The translations under genes were made by a program, and so were the position numbers. Positions 1-19,900 of a DNA stretch of 64,000 nucleotides are shown here, in pieces. The notes under the pieces were generated by a model that made no database searches, had not been told where the DNA came from, and saw only the letters and a list, made by a program, of their open reading frames with translations. Source of the stretch: Octopus vulgaris (Eukaryota); NCBI GenBank assembly GCA_951406725.2, contig OX597818.1, forward strand, positions 106,020,001 to 106,084,000, given 5' to 3'. Each line of letters opens with the position of its first letter. Within the stretch, counting starts at the first letter, position 1.

Positions 1-35
<35 letters not shown>

Positions 36-104
36 CTATATATATATATATATATATGTATCTATATATATGTATCTATATATATATATATATATGTATC
101 TATA
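1..104. repeat. (TA)n microsatellite with TGTATC interruptions
   Basis: Direct reading of the sequence. Confidence 0.95.
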
Positions 105-876
105 CTCTTTTACTCTTTTACTCTTTTACTTGTTTCAGCCATCCGGCTGAGGCCATGCTGGGGCACCGCCCTTGTTGCTACCCTCTCTAAGTCCAGTTTG
201 CCGTGGCTGGCCACTGATCTAAGAGAGAGTTTGTAGCTGCTGCCCTTAGGTTACCTTCGTACCTTGCAGTGGGTTCATCTGGGATCCCGGAAAGCAGCTT
301 GTCTAGATGTTTTTTGAAAATGTCCACATCCGCATCATGTAGATCTCTTAGTTTTCTTGGCAGTTTGTTGAACAGCTGAGGGCCCCTGAACCCCAGGCTA
401 TTACAGTATCTGCTCCTTACCCTGGATGTGGAAGACGGGACCTTTGGCACCACACAGTGACGACCTGTACGGGGATTGGAACAGCTCTCAATTCCAAAAT
501 TTGGTGCTAGTCCCTCCAGGATTTTCCATATGTATATCACTGCATATCTCTCTCGTCTTCGTTCCAAGGAGTACAAATTGAGTTCCCTAAGCCTCTCCCA
601 ATAGTTCTTTTCTTTCATGGTGGAAATCCTCTTGGTGAAATGTCTTTGGATTGTCTCAAGCTCTGTGGTTAGTTTGACACTATGCGGTGACCACAGTTGG
701 GAGCAGTAGTCTAGGCGGCTTAGGACAAATGTCCTCCATAGTGTCAACATGGTCTCGCAGTCTCTTGTCCGGAATGTCCTCAGGATCCAGCCAGTGAGTC
801 GTCTGCACATTGTCGCCACCTTCGCGATGTGTGAAGAAAAAGATGCATCGTCACTCATGTCTATCCCCAGGTCCCG
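105..876 (-). mobile_element. 5'-truncated CR1-like (CR1/L2/Jockey group) LINE: RT C-terminus plus 3' tail
   Basis: Open frame [59 protein letters not shown]. The - strand tail is GGCGGTGCCCCAGCATGGCC..GAAACAAGTAAAAGAGTAAAAGAG. Same family as 44298-48817. Confidence 0.9.
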
Positions 877-4577
<3,701 letters not shown>

Positions 4578-4579
<2 letters not shown>

Positions 4580-4950
4580 GAAACGGTAATTATTTCTACG
4601 CCAGCTATGTTGTTGTTGTTTCTGTCTCATTTGGTCTAAAGTCGTATGACAACCAACGTTATATATGTTTTGTTTGTTCATTACCGTTTTCAATTTCGTT
4701 TTCGTCTCTTGTGTTTACATCCGTCTTGTGCGTTCACATTCCTGTCTTCTACCAAGAAATCTAATGCTTACAGCTTAGTTTTTTTTCTTGGGGCTGGCCG
4801 AGTTGGAGCAAATATCAGAATTGAACAGCCGAAATTTGCTATGATGGTTCGGTGTCTGACTGAAGATTGAAGGCTTCGAATGATTTGTCTGTGTTCCGTG
4901 TTCGTCCCTTCCTGTGTTTCACGTTCATTATATATAAAAACATTCATTCT
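4578..4950. repeat. CpG-rich ~370-bp island within the microsatellite, probable interspersed-repeat fragment (possibly a Penelope terminal repeat)
   Basis: Abrupt boundaries with (TA)n, high CpG, no convincing ORF. Family assignment is a guess. Confidence 0.35.
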
Positions 4951-6136
<1,186 letters not shown>

Positions 6137-6355
6137 GGCCCAGTGGTTAGGGCAGCGGACTTGCGGTCGGAGGATCGCGGTTTCGATTCCCAGACCGGGC
6201 GTTGTGTGTGTTTATTGAGCGAAAACACCTAAAAGCTCCACGAGGCTCCGGCAGGGGGTGGTGGTGATCCCTGCTGTACTCTTTCACCACTCTAAAGGCG
6301 GTGCTCCAGCATGGCCGCAGTCAAATGACTGGAACAAGTACAAAAAAAAAAAAAA
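6137..6355 (+). mobile_element. tRNA-derived SINE with CR1-like LINE-type 3' tail and poly(A)
   Basis: A box TGGCCCAGTGGTTAGG, B box GGTTTCGATTCC, tail GGCGGTGCTCCAGCATGGCC..GGAACAAGTAC(A)n. Head shared with 31696-31976. Confidence 0.85.
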
Positions 6356-8804
<2,449 letters not shown>

Positions 8805-10307
8805 TGTACAGGTGGAACTCACTGGATGCTGGATATATACCAGAAGACCTTCTGTCTGAGTCTGTTGTACCAGTTTTCAAAAAAGGAAACAAATCGCTTG
8901 CTGTGAATTACCGTCCAATCTGAGTGCTGAGATTGTGTATGACTCACTTCCTTTAGAGTCATAATATGCTGAACTCCAACCAGCATGGATTCCGTAATGG
9001 AAGGGATTGCCTGACGCAGCTACTGCATCATTTTGATGACATTTTGAGAGCCTTGGGAGAGGGCTCCAACACTGATGTCATCTACCTTGATTTCAGCAAG
9101 GCCTTTGACAGGGTTGATCATAAGATCCTTTTGAGAAAGCTGTCCAATATTGGTGTCACTGGAAAACTGCTGCAGTGGATCAAGCGCTTCCTGTCTAACA
9201 GAACCCAACATGTTGTAGTCGAAGGAGTCAAATCCAGCCCAGCCAAAGTCAGTAGTGGTGTCCCACAAGGCACTGTGTTGGGCCCACTTCTCTTCATCAT
9301 CTACATTAATGATATTACTGACACCATCAAACACAGTAACATCAGAACCTTCGCTGATGATTCCAAGCTCCAGAAGGTCATCAATGGCGTGGATGACCGA
9401 ATAAGCCTTCAGTCAGACCTACTGGCTGTTGTCCAATGGGTGGAAAAGAACAACATGTTGCTAAACGAAGACAAATTCGAACTGATCCACTTTGGAAGGG
9501 AGTACGCTCTGAAACTCCCGTACTCCCTTCCTTCTGGAGAAATACTCATGGCGTCTAACAACATCAGAGACTTGGGAGTAACAGTGGACAACAACATAAG
9601 CTGGGTTACACATATAAGCAGCAAAGTTGACATGGCCCGCAGAATGTGTTCCCGGATTCTCAGAACCTTCCAGTCGAGAGATTCCTACACCATTATCCTT
9701 CTCTTCTCTACTTTTGCCCGACCCCACCTTGAATACTGCTGTCCACGACACAAAATATTATGAGAAGTGAAGCTCCCCAAAGGTCAATCACAAAAAAGAT
9801 AGATGGCATGTCAGACCTCGACTACTGGGGTAGACTAGAGAAGCTGAAACTGTATTCACTCCAACGACGCCGTGAACGCTGCATTATCTGTATGATGTGG
9901 AAAATATTCCATCAGTACTGTCCGAATGATGTTGGCATCACCTTCAAAATACATCCAAGGCTTGGACCACGTGCCATCCGTCCACAACAAAAATCTAGAT
10001 CGCATCACATAACGACAATATGGCACAATTATTTCACCTCAATTGAACCCGCTCTCTTCAACATTACACCAGGACACGTCAAAACAGAAACTGACCACAC
10101 AAAATTCAAGAAGTCTATGGACAAATTCCTTCAAACAGTCCCGGACAAACCATCCACACCCGGATATGTCTCCGCAAACAATAACTCTCTGCTCGAATGG
10201 GCCTCGGTGCCCAAATCCTGAATTGAAAGACTTCGCCAGGTGGTGCTATTAAGTTAGACATGGCCTGGGCCAATACTGGCTGAAACCTTTCTAACTTATT
10301 CTAAGTT
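8805..10307 (+). mobile_element. 5'-truncated CR1-like LINE (second family), RT domain to 3' end, internally deleted
   Basis: [16 protein letters not shown]; QHGFR..CLTQLL..YLDFSKAFDRVDH..SGVPQGTVLGPLLF..FADD..RDLGV; after a break at ~9750, LYSLQRRRER..VPDKP. Confidence 0.92.
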
Positions 10308-10910
10308 ATATGTATGTATATATGTACATATATGTATGTATATATGTACATATATGTATGTATATATGTACATATATGTATGTATATATATATATATGTA
10401 TGTATGTATATATGTACATATATGTATGTATGTATATATGTACATATATGTATGTATATATATATATATGTATGTATGTATATATATATATATGTATGTA
10501 TGTATATATGTACATATATGTATGTATATATGTACATATATGTATGTATATATATATGTATATATATATGTATGTATGTATATATGTACATATATGTATG
10601 TATATATGTACATATATGTATGTATATATGTACATATATGTATGTATATATGTACATATATGTATGTATATATGTACATATATGTATGTATATATATATA
10701 TATATGTATGTATGTATATATGTACATATATGTATGTATGTATATATATATGTATGTATGTATATATATATATATGTATGTATGTATATATGTACATATA
10801 TGTATGTATATATATATATATATGTATATATATATGTATGTATGTATATACGTATGTGTATGTATATGTATATATATATGTATGTATGTATATACGTATA
10901 TGTATGTATG

Positions 10911-10943
<33 letters not shown>

Positions 10944-10958
10944 ATACGTATATGTATG

Positions 10959-10991
<33 letters not shown>

Positions 10992-11004
10992 ATACGTATA
11001 TATG

Positions 11005-11035
<31 letters not shown>

Positions 11036-11050
11036 ATACGTATATGTATG

Positions 11051-11081
<31 letters not shown>

Positions 11082-11359
11082 ATATGTATATATATATATG
11101 TATGTATATATGTATATATATATATGTATGTATATATGTATATATATATATGTATGTATATATGTATGTATATATGTATGTATATATGTATGTATATATA
11201 TATATATGTATGTATATATGTATGTATATATGTATGTATATATATATATATGTATGTATATATGTATGTATATATGTATGTATATATATATATGTATGTA
11301 TATATGTATGTATATATGTATGTATATATATATATGTATGTATATATGTATGTATATAT

Positions 11360-11400
<41 letters not shown>

Positions 11401-11460
11401 TATATATATGTATGTATATATGTATGTATATATATATATATATATATGTATGTATATATG

Positions 11461-11493
<33 letters not shown>
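10308..11493. repeat. TATG/TACA/TA compound microsatellite
   Basis: Direct reading. Confidence 0.95.
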
Positions 11494-11495
<2 letters not shown>

Positions 11496-11932
11496 AAACA
11501 AATCAAAATAGATGAACATCAATGGAATTTGTATCTTTGTGGACCAGTGCCGGTGGCACACAAGAAAATCATCCGAACGTGGCCGTAGCCAGTACCGCAT
11601 AGACTGGCCTCCGTGCTTTGGGGACGTAACAAACACCATCCGATCGTGGCCGTCCGCCAGCCTCATCTGGCACCTGTGTCGGTGGCACATAAAAACACCA
11701 TCCGAGCGTGGCCGTCTGCCAGCCTCGTCTGGCACCTGTGTCGGTGGCACATAAAATCACCCACTACACTCTCGGAGTGGTTGGCGTTAGGAAGGGCATC
11801 CAGCTGTAGAAACACTGCCAGATCTGACTGGCCTGGTGCAGCCTTCGGGCTCCCCAGACCCCAGTTGAACCGTCCAACCCATGCTAGCATGGAAAACGGA
11901 CGCTAAATGATGATGATGATGATGATGATGAT
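11494..11932 (+). mobile_element. 3' UTR of an RTE-clade LINE (5'-truncated copy) with ~63-bp internal tandem units and (TGA)n tail
   Basis: GGCGTTAGGAAGGGCATCCAGCTGTAGAAAC..CCATGCTAGCATGGAAA..(TGA)n matches the reverse complement of the 3' end of the RTE at 54277-55485. Confidence 0.85.
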
Positions 11933-11995
11933 ATGTATGTATATATGTATGTATATATGTATGTATATATATATATATGTATGTATATATGTATG

Positions 11996-12031
<36 letters not shown>

Positions 12032-12131
12032 TGTATGTATATATGTATATATATATATATATATGTATGTATATATGTATGTATATATGTATGTATATAT
12101 ATATATGTATGTATATATGTATGTATATATG

Positions 12132-12166
<35 letters not shown>

Positions 12167-12251
12167 GTATGTATATATGTATATATATATATATATGTAT
12201 GTATATATGTATGTATATATATATATGTATGTATATATGTATGTATATATG

Positions 12252-12290
<39 letters not shown>

Positions 12291-14212
12291 AATGTATGTA
12301 TGTATGTATATATATATGTGTATATGTATGTATATGTATATATGTATGCATATATATATGTGTATATGTATGTATATGTATATATGTATGCATATATATA
12401 TGTGTATATGTATGTATATGTATGTATGTATATATGTATGTCTGTATGTATGTATGTATATATATATATGTGTGTGTATATATGTATATATATATGTGTA
12501 TATATGTATATATATGTGTATATATGTATATATATGTGTATATATATGTGTATATATGTATATATATATATATGTGTATATATGTATATATATATATGTG
12601 TATATATATGTGTATATATGTATATATATATATGTGTATATATGTATATATATATATGTGTATATATGTGTATATATCTATGTGTATATATGTATATATA
12701 TCTATGTGTATATATGTGTATATATATATGTGTATATATGTGTATATATATATGTGTATATATGTGTATATATATATGTGTATATATGTATATATATATG
12801 TGTATATATGTATATATATATATGTGTATATATGTGTATATATATATGTGTATATATGTATATATATATGTGTCTATATGTATATATATATATGTGTCTA
12901 TATGTATATATATATATGTGTCTATATGTATATATATATATGTGTATATATGTATATATATATGTGTATATATGTATATATATATGTGTATATATGTATA
13001 TATATATATGTGTATATATGTATATATATATATGTGTATATATGTATATATATATGTGTATATATGTATATATATATATGTGTATATATGTATGTATATA
13101 TATGTGTATATATGTATGTATATATATGTGTATATATGTATGTATATATATATATATGTGTATATATGTGTGTATATATATATATGTGTATATATGTGTG
13201 TATATATATATATATGTGTATATATGTATGTATATATATATATGTATATATATATGTGTATATATGTATGTATATATATATATGTATATATATATATGTG
13301 TATATATGTATGTATATATATATATATGTGTATATATATATGTGTATATATGTATGTATGTATATATATATGTGTATATATGTATGTATATATATATATA
13401 TATGTATGTATATATATATATATGTGTATATATGTATATATATATATATATGTGTATATATGTATATATATATATATATGTGTATATATGTATGTATATA
13501 TATATATGTGTATATATGTATGTATATATATATATGTGTATATATGTATGTATATATATATATATATGTGTATATATGTATGTATATATATATATATATG
13601 TGTATATATGTATGTATATATGTATATATGTGTATATATGTATGTATATATATATATATATATGTGTATATATGTATGTATATATATGTGTATATATGTG
13701 TATATATGTATGTATATATATATATGTATATATGTGTATATATGTATGTATATATATATATATATATATGTGTATATATGTGTATATATATATGTGTATA
13801 TATGTATGTATATATATGTGTATATATGTATGTATATATATGTGTATATATGTATGTATATATATATATATGTGTATATATGTATGTATATATATATATA
13901 TGTGTATATATGTATGTATATATATATATGTGTATATATGTATGTATATATATATATGTGTATATATGTATGTATATATATATATGTGTATATATGTATG
14001 TATATATATATATATGTGTATATATGTATGTATATATATATATATGTGTATATATGTATGTATATATATATATATGTGTATATATGTATGTATATATATA
14101 TATATATATGTGTATATATGTATGTATATATATATATGTGTATATATGTATGTATATATATATGTGTATATATGTATGTATATATATATATGTGTATATG
14201 TGTGTATATATG

Positions 14213-14256
<44 letters not shown>

Positions 14257-14287
14257 GTGTGTGTGTGTGTGTGTATATACATATGTA
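11933..14287. repeat. TATG/TGTG/TA compound microsatellite
   Basis: Direct reading. Confidence 0.95.
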
Positions 14288-14581
14288 TATTGCTTTCGAT
14301 ACCCAGAAAATAAGATGAAGACCAGCCTGGTGAAATATGTCTGAGAATTAAAAGAAAAAGAAGCCCGACCTTTCAACGTGTCATGGAGCATTCTAGGTAG
14401 AGTGGCACCATACAAGCACGGTGCGCATAGGAGGAATTTCAAGTGCGATCTTTGTTTGCTAGAGAAATATTCTATTTTATTCCAAGACATTAATTCTTTG
14501 AATCAAAGAAGCGAACTCTTGAACTCATGCAGACATGCAACCAAATTCAAAATGTCAAATATCAATATCCCATATGGATAG
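14288..14581 (+). mobile_element. Penelope-like element fragment, C-terminal part of the GIY-YIG endonuclease region
   Basis: [58 protein letters not shown] matches the Penelope C-terminal pattern (CxLCxxEK..LNxRxE..CRH); one in-frame stop. Confidence 0.8.
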
Positions 14582-16410
14582 CGTATACTTTTGTGTTTTT
14601 GTTTTTTTTTATTCTCGGACTAGTTTTTGATCACACTGTTGGATTTGTTTCGTATTATGCAGGTTTTATTCCGCATAGCAAAGTTTTTGTATATATTTCT
14701 ATATATTTCTTCAGAAAAAAATCTTTGACTTAGTTTATTTCATTTTATGTATTGTATAAACCCACTTTGGTCATTTAATTTATAGATAATCCAATATAGG
14801 ATGTTATATTTTGCATGTCTTTTATCTAAAATTTTTATTATTATGCACTCAGCAATTTAAAAAAAATAATGTTGTTTGTATATACGTCAGATCGTAGATA
14901 TGTTTTTATGTGAATATTTGTATTGGCATGCATATGTGTTTGTAAGCATGCGTCTATGTATATGTGTAAGTGAGCGTGTATGTTTGTTCTTATGCACATA
15001 CATACATGGATGTATATGTATGCATGTATTCACTTGGATTTGTGTGGATGTGTTTTTACATACTTGTCTCTATATATTTATATATGTGTTCTTATATGTG
15101 TATTTACTGCTTATATACACATGTATATGTAATTTTATCTTGTGAACGTTCATTACGTATAGTCAGACTTTTTTCTTTTTTCCTTATGTTTTCTCTCCCT
15201 ATTCGTTACTTGTATAGAGTCCTGTAACTTTACACCCCCTCCCCTTCTCTTACGTCTTTAACTTTCTGTTGCTTGTAAGATCGTTACCTTTTTGTTTCTT
15301 CCCCCTCTCTGCATTTTACTTCTAGTCTATATGTATACACCAAATGATTTTTGCATACGAGCAAGATTGCATATACATATGTGTACATGTATTTGTGTGT
15401 ATATTTTCGTTTTGCATTTATATGTCTATATGTATGTGGTCTGCGCACATCTATCTGTGAATTTGATGTATACATGTATATTGGTGGTCCAGTATGAGTA
15501 TATACTGTTGGGAAATATTTTAATATATTTTAATTTCAATTCTTATGTATTAATTGTATTGATCAAATTATATTTTCTAGATAATTAATGACAATATGCA
15601 TTTGAATCAACTCTTTGATTTAAGGTTTTTCCTCGATTTTTATAATTTTATATTGAACTCATTTATTTTGTTTATCGCTCGCATATGACCATTATTTGAA
15701 AGGACCAATGAAGCAAATCCATTTTTAAAGGTGCATCATTTATGCTAGTTCTGATCAAATTGTCATATCGGTTCTATTTTAACAAAACTGTCCGATGAAC
15801 GAGAACGTGAAACTCCGAGTAACAGCTTTTGTTAAATTTCTGCTGCTTTTAAATAAAGTGTATATATATATATATATATGTACACACAAACATACACACA
15901 CACACACTCACTCCACCATTGAGCAGTATCTTTGAAAAGGAAAATGAATGCACATGCTGCAGATACATGTGCACATGCCCCAAACGCACAAAGCAGATAC
16001 ACATGCACACAGACCTGACGTGCTCGCATGTCAGATACACACGTGCACATCAATGATCTGATAATAAACCATACCCCACTTCCCCGGCAGAAAATCACCA
16101 GGTACTCACCAACACCCTGTCCTGACACATGGTTGTAGGAATAAAGACTTGAATTGATGTTGCTAATATGATTTGCATTGAACTGTAAAAACCCAGCATC
16201 TAGAAGCCATCTTGGACTTATCTCATTTGGTCACTAGAAGCTTGACGAGATAGGTTCGTTTGATAAGTTGCATGAAGCCAAGTCAGAACTGTTACTAAAT
16301 TATGTGTGTGTTTGTGTGTGTAGAGAGAGAATGAGAGAGATAAATCCATTTTTTTATTATAAAAAGTGGGCTTAAAACAAAAGATATATGAAATTTTGAA
16401 AGAAATATCC

Positions 16411-16452
16411 TCTGACATTATTCTGTATGTATTTTCTTTTCTTTCTTTCCAG
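16411..16452 (+). promoter_or_regulatory. Candidate 3' splice site (branch point, pyrimidine tract, CAG) preceding the ZNF coding exon
   Basis: TCTGAC at 16411, then ATTTTCTTTTCTTTCTTTCCAG; the exon would start at 16453. Confidence 0.65.
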
Positions 16453-16909
16453 ATTGCCTTTCAAAAAGGATTTTTGCTTGAAGTCTAGGACATCAACCTC
16501 ATTCTATTTCCTGTCATGATATGGCAAATTCAGGCGAAGATTGTAGCAGGATGTTTGATAGGTATTTTACCATGATGATACGATATCTTCCTGATTGATA
16601 GACAGTCTTCCACACCATGGTGTAAATGTAGGATATTTGAGTGGAAAACGGCAAACTTCTGCCTCCCACCATTTTCTTTCTTTCTGCCTTCTTGCAAAAA
16701 CAGTATGCAATAGCTGATAATTACTGAGTCATTCTCTCCATTCTATTACTTTATTGTTAGATTTGGAATAAAAACCTTCAGTTCTATACAGGTAGCTTTC
16801 AAGCATTGCCTTAAACAAGGCATCTTTTCCTTAGAAAATTAAATTTTAATCAAAAGGTTACCTATCTCTACTTCATCCTATCCTTCTCTGTATTTCTCTT
16901 TCTTCCAAA

Positions 16910-19900
16910 ATGGGTAAATCGTCATTTGAGTGCAATTTTTGTGACAAAGAATTCACCAATAGATCTAGATTAGATTCTCACCAGAGAATTCACACAGGAG
17001 AACGACCACATATTTGTAATCAGTGTAATCGGCCATTTCGCACAGCCTCTGATTTGAAAGTACATTTCCGCACTCATACTGGAGAGAAGCCTTATAAATG
17101 TAACTTCTGTGATCAAGCATTTGCAGTTTCACGTAATCTCACTGCACACATACGTATTCATACAGGTGAGAGACCTTTTATCTGTTCATTATGTCACAAG
17201 GCTTTCACACAGAAATCTGCACTCAATGTTCACTCCAGGATTCATACTGGTGATAAACCTTTCCAGTGCATCTTTTGTGCCAAACAGTTTGCATACTCTA
17301 ACAGCTTGAAGGTGCACTTACGTGATCATACACGTGTTGAGAATGGCAACGACATTGACACCAATAACAGCAGCAACAATAGTAGTGATATTCATTCTGT
17401 AAGTAATAACACTAACAATATTATTAGTAACACAAATCTTTCTGGTAGAGGCAGACGTAAAAAAAATAATCGTCGTAAAGCAGGTAGAGCCCCTAAAAAC
17501 CAGGAGACCATCAAGCAATCAACTGTATTGGGATTCTCCGATTATACCCAACCAGAGGAAGAAGCTCTCTATACTTGTTCTATTTGTTCCCAAGGCTTTG
17601 ACCAAATTGAGCTTCTAGCCGAGCATTGGAAGTCTCACAATGAAGACACTGATTCCGAGAAGAGTGATGACGACAATCCTTCATCAAGAACTGCTCAGAA
17701 AGATGTTAATGGTGTTGGTAAAGTACTGTCTAAGACAAAAGATAATTTAAAAGAGGAAAAGAATCAAGAAAACTTGGTTGCACCTAAATTCAACAAAGCT
17801 GTTGATGACAATGATACTTATCAAACGATTGACAAAGATAACTCTTCACATGCAGAGTTTACAGAGCCCTCTTCCATTTACTGTAACTTAAGAGAAAGCA
17901 TTGCAAAATCACTTGGTGCAATTCAGATTAGCAATGGGCAACGTCAGACAAGATCTAGAAGTAAAGAGCAGTCTGATGATCCTTCAGTTTCAACGGTAGC
18001 ACCTTCAAAACATTCTAAGTCATCAAAAAGTTGTCACTCTTCCAAATCACCTTCTGTTAGTGCATCCAATACTACGTTTGGGAGTAGATCCAAACGGCTG
18101 CTTTCAAAAAATCCAGTTGGCAGTCAGGCTAGTCAGGCAACTAAAAATATCAGTCCAACTGTTTCAGTTGCTAATAGCTCATCTAATGTAAGCCTTTATG
18201 GGAATGAATCTTTCAATTCTGTAAAAACTGAAGAAAATATGAAATGTGTTTCTGAGAACACGCACTCTGTTGATAAAGGAAATACATCCCAAGATAATAA
18301 ATGGGAAAGTTACCAGACCACTACTCTGATAGATGAAGGAGAAAACCAAAGTGCTGTTATTACAGAATCATTGGTCAATAGTGTCTCGGTGAAAAATGAG
18401 CCATCTTTTCTGCCTTCTAGTGATACCTTTTCCAAGGAAATTTCTCAAACATCAGACAATGCAATGTCTGAGACAAATCTTGGCAAAGAAATCACAAAAT
18501 CATCATCATGCCTTGTTGAAAATAAATTAGATATTGCTTCTCTTTTTGACCAAGATATTTACACATCTGCTCTCAATGATGCTCTGAAGTCTCTTCCATC
18601 AACTGCTTCATTATCCAATTCCTTCCTGAACAATGACAACAACAATCACAGCAATAACAATAGTAGTGATGAAAATAAAGACCCCCTTAACTCTTCAGGA
18701 GACATGACTGACTCTTTTATAAAGAAGGAAACAGAAGGTACTGTTTTCTTAAATCTACCCCAATCCTCTCAGCAGGATTTGGTGGCTTCTTCCTCCATGC
18801 CATCTATAATGTCAATGATGGATCAGTCCCAAATTGATATGTTGTCCAACTCCACTGCTGCTGATACATCATCAAATATAGCTGAAAAATTTAAAACATA
18901 CAAGTGTACACTATGTGGCATGATATTATGTGAGGCTGAACTTTTCGTTGAACATTTAGGGAAACATTCCCGAAATGCTAATCCATTCATATGCACAGAG
19001 TGTGGAAGACAATGCACTCGTCAGTATGATTTGAAAGTGCACACTAGAACACATACAGGCGAGAGACCATACAAATGTAGATTTTGTAAGCGTGGGTTTG
19101 CTATTTCTCGCAATCTTGTGGCACATCTGCGTATTCACACTGGGGAGCGACCTTATCAGTGCAATACCTGCAATAAGTCATTCACTCAACAAAGTGCACT
19201 ACGGACACACAGCCGCATTCACACTGGTGAAAAACCATATGTTTGTAAAAGCTGTGGCAAAACATTTTCTTATTCGTATGTCCTAAACTCACATGTACGT
19301 GATAACAAACTTTATCGCTGCAACTATTGCCAGGGAATGTATATTGGGTCTTGTGCTATTAACCTGCACATGAAGTCGCATGATGAAGACAAACAGCTAG
19401 CAGAAAATGCTGCTAGTATCGAGGAACTTTCTTTTAGTACAGATGATACTGAGATTCTGAATGAAAATGTAGTTAATGAACTGGACAGAAAGCTGTTAAG
19501 CTCTACTGGAACACCACACCTAAAGAATTCCAAGTCAAAAAAAAAGAGGAAAGGAAAATTAAAATTGATTTCTCAGACTATTGATGTTACTGAATCTATA
19601 GACTGCCAGATTACCAACATAGACAATCCAGATCTTTGGCCAAATACAGATATGCTTGTTAAAATGGAAAATAATGCTGAAGAATTCATAAGAAATGGTG
19701 AAAATTTTGGTAATGTAGATCAATCTATATTTGGAAAATCAGGTCTACCAGACCAATTGGGTTGTGATTCTCAGATTTCAAAAAATGGAGATGATCTGCA
19801 AGCACTTTATGTGGGGAATTTAGAAATGCAAAACTACAGTCAGAACTCTGAAAATGTTGCCCCAAAGAGTTCCTCTCAAGAGGGTTTTGGCGGAAAATTA

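Noticed and set aside
4855-4905. Hammerhead-like CTGAAGA..CGAA..GTC
   Set aside because: GAAA core is broken and stems do not pair convincingly
6137-6201. tRNA gene
   Set aside because: A/B boxes are present but continue into a SINE body and tail with a second copy at 31696; no proper cloverleaf
16104-16215. - strand donor TTG|GTGAGT at 16110 with nearby ATG and YY1-like GCCATCTT
   Set aside because: Single motifs with no supporting downstream exon; could be chance
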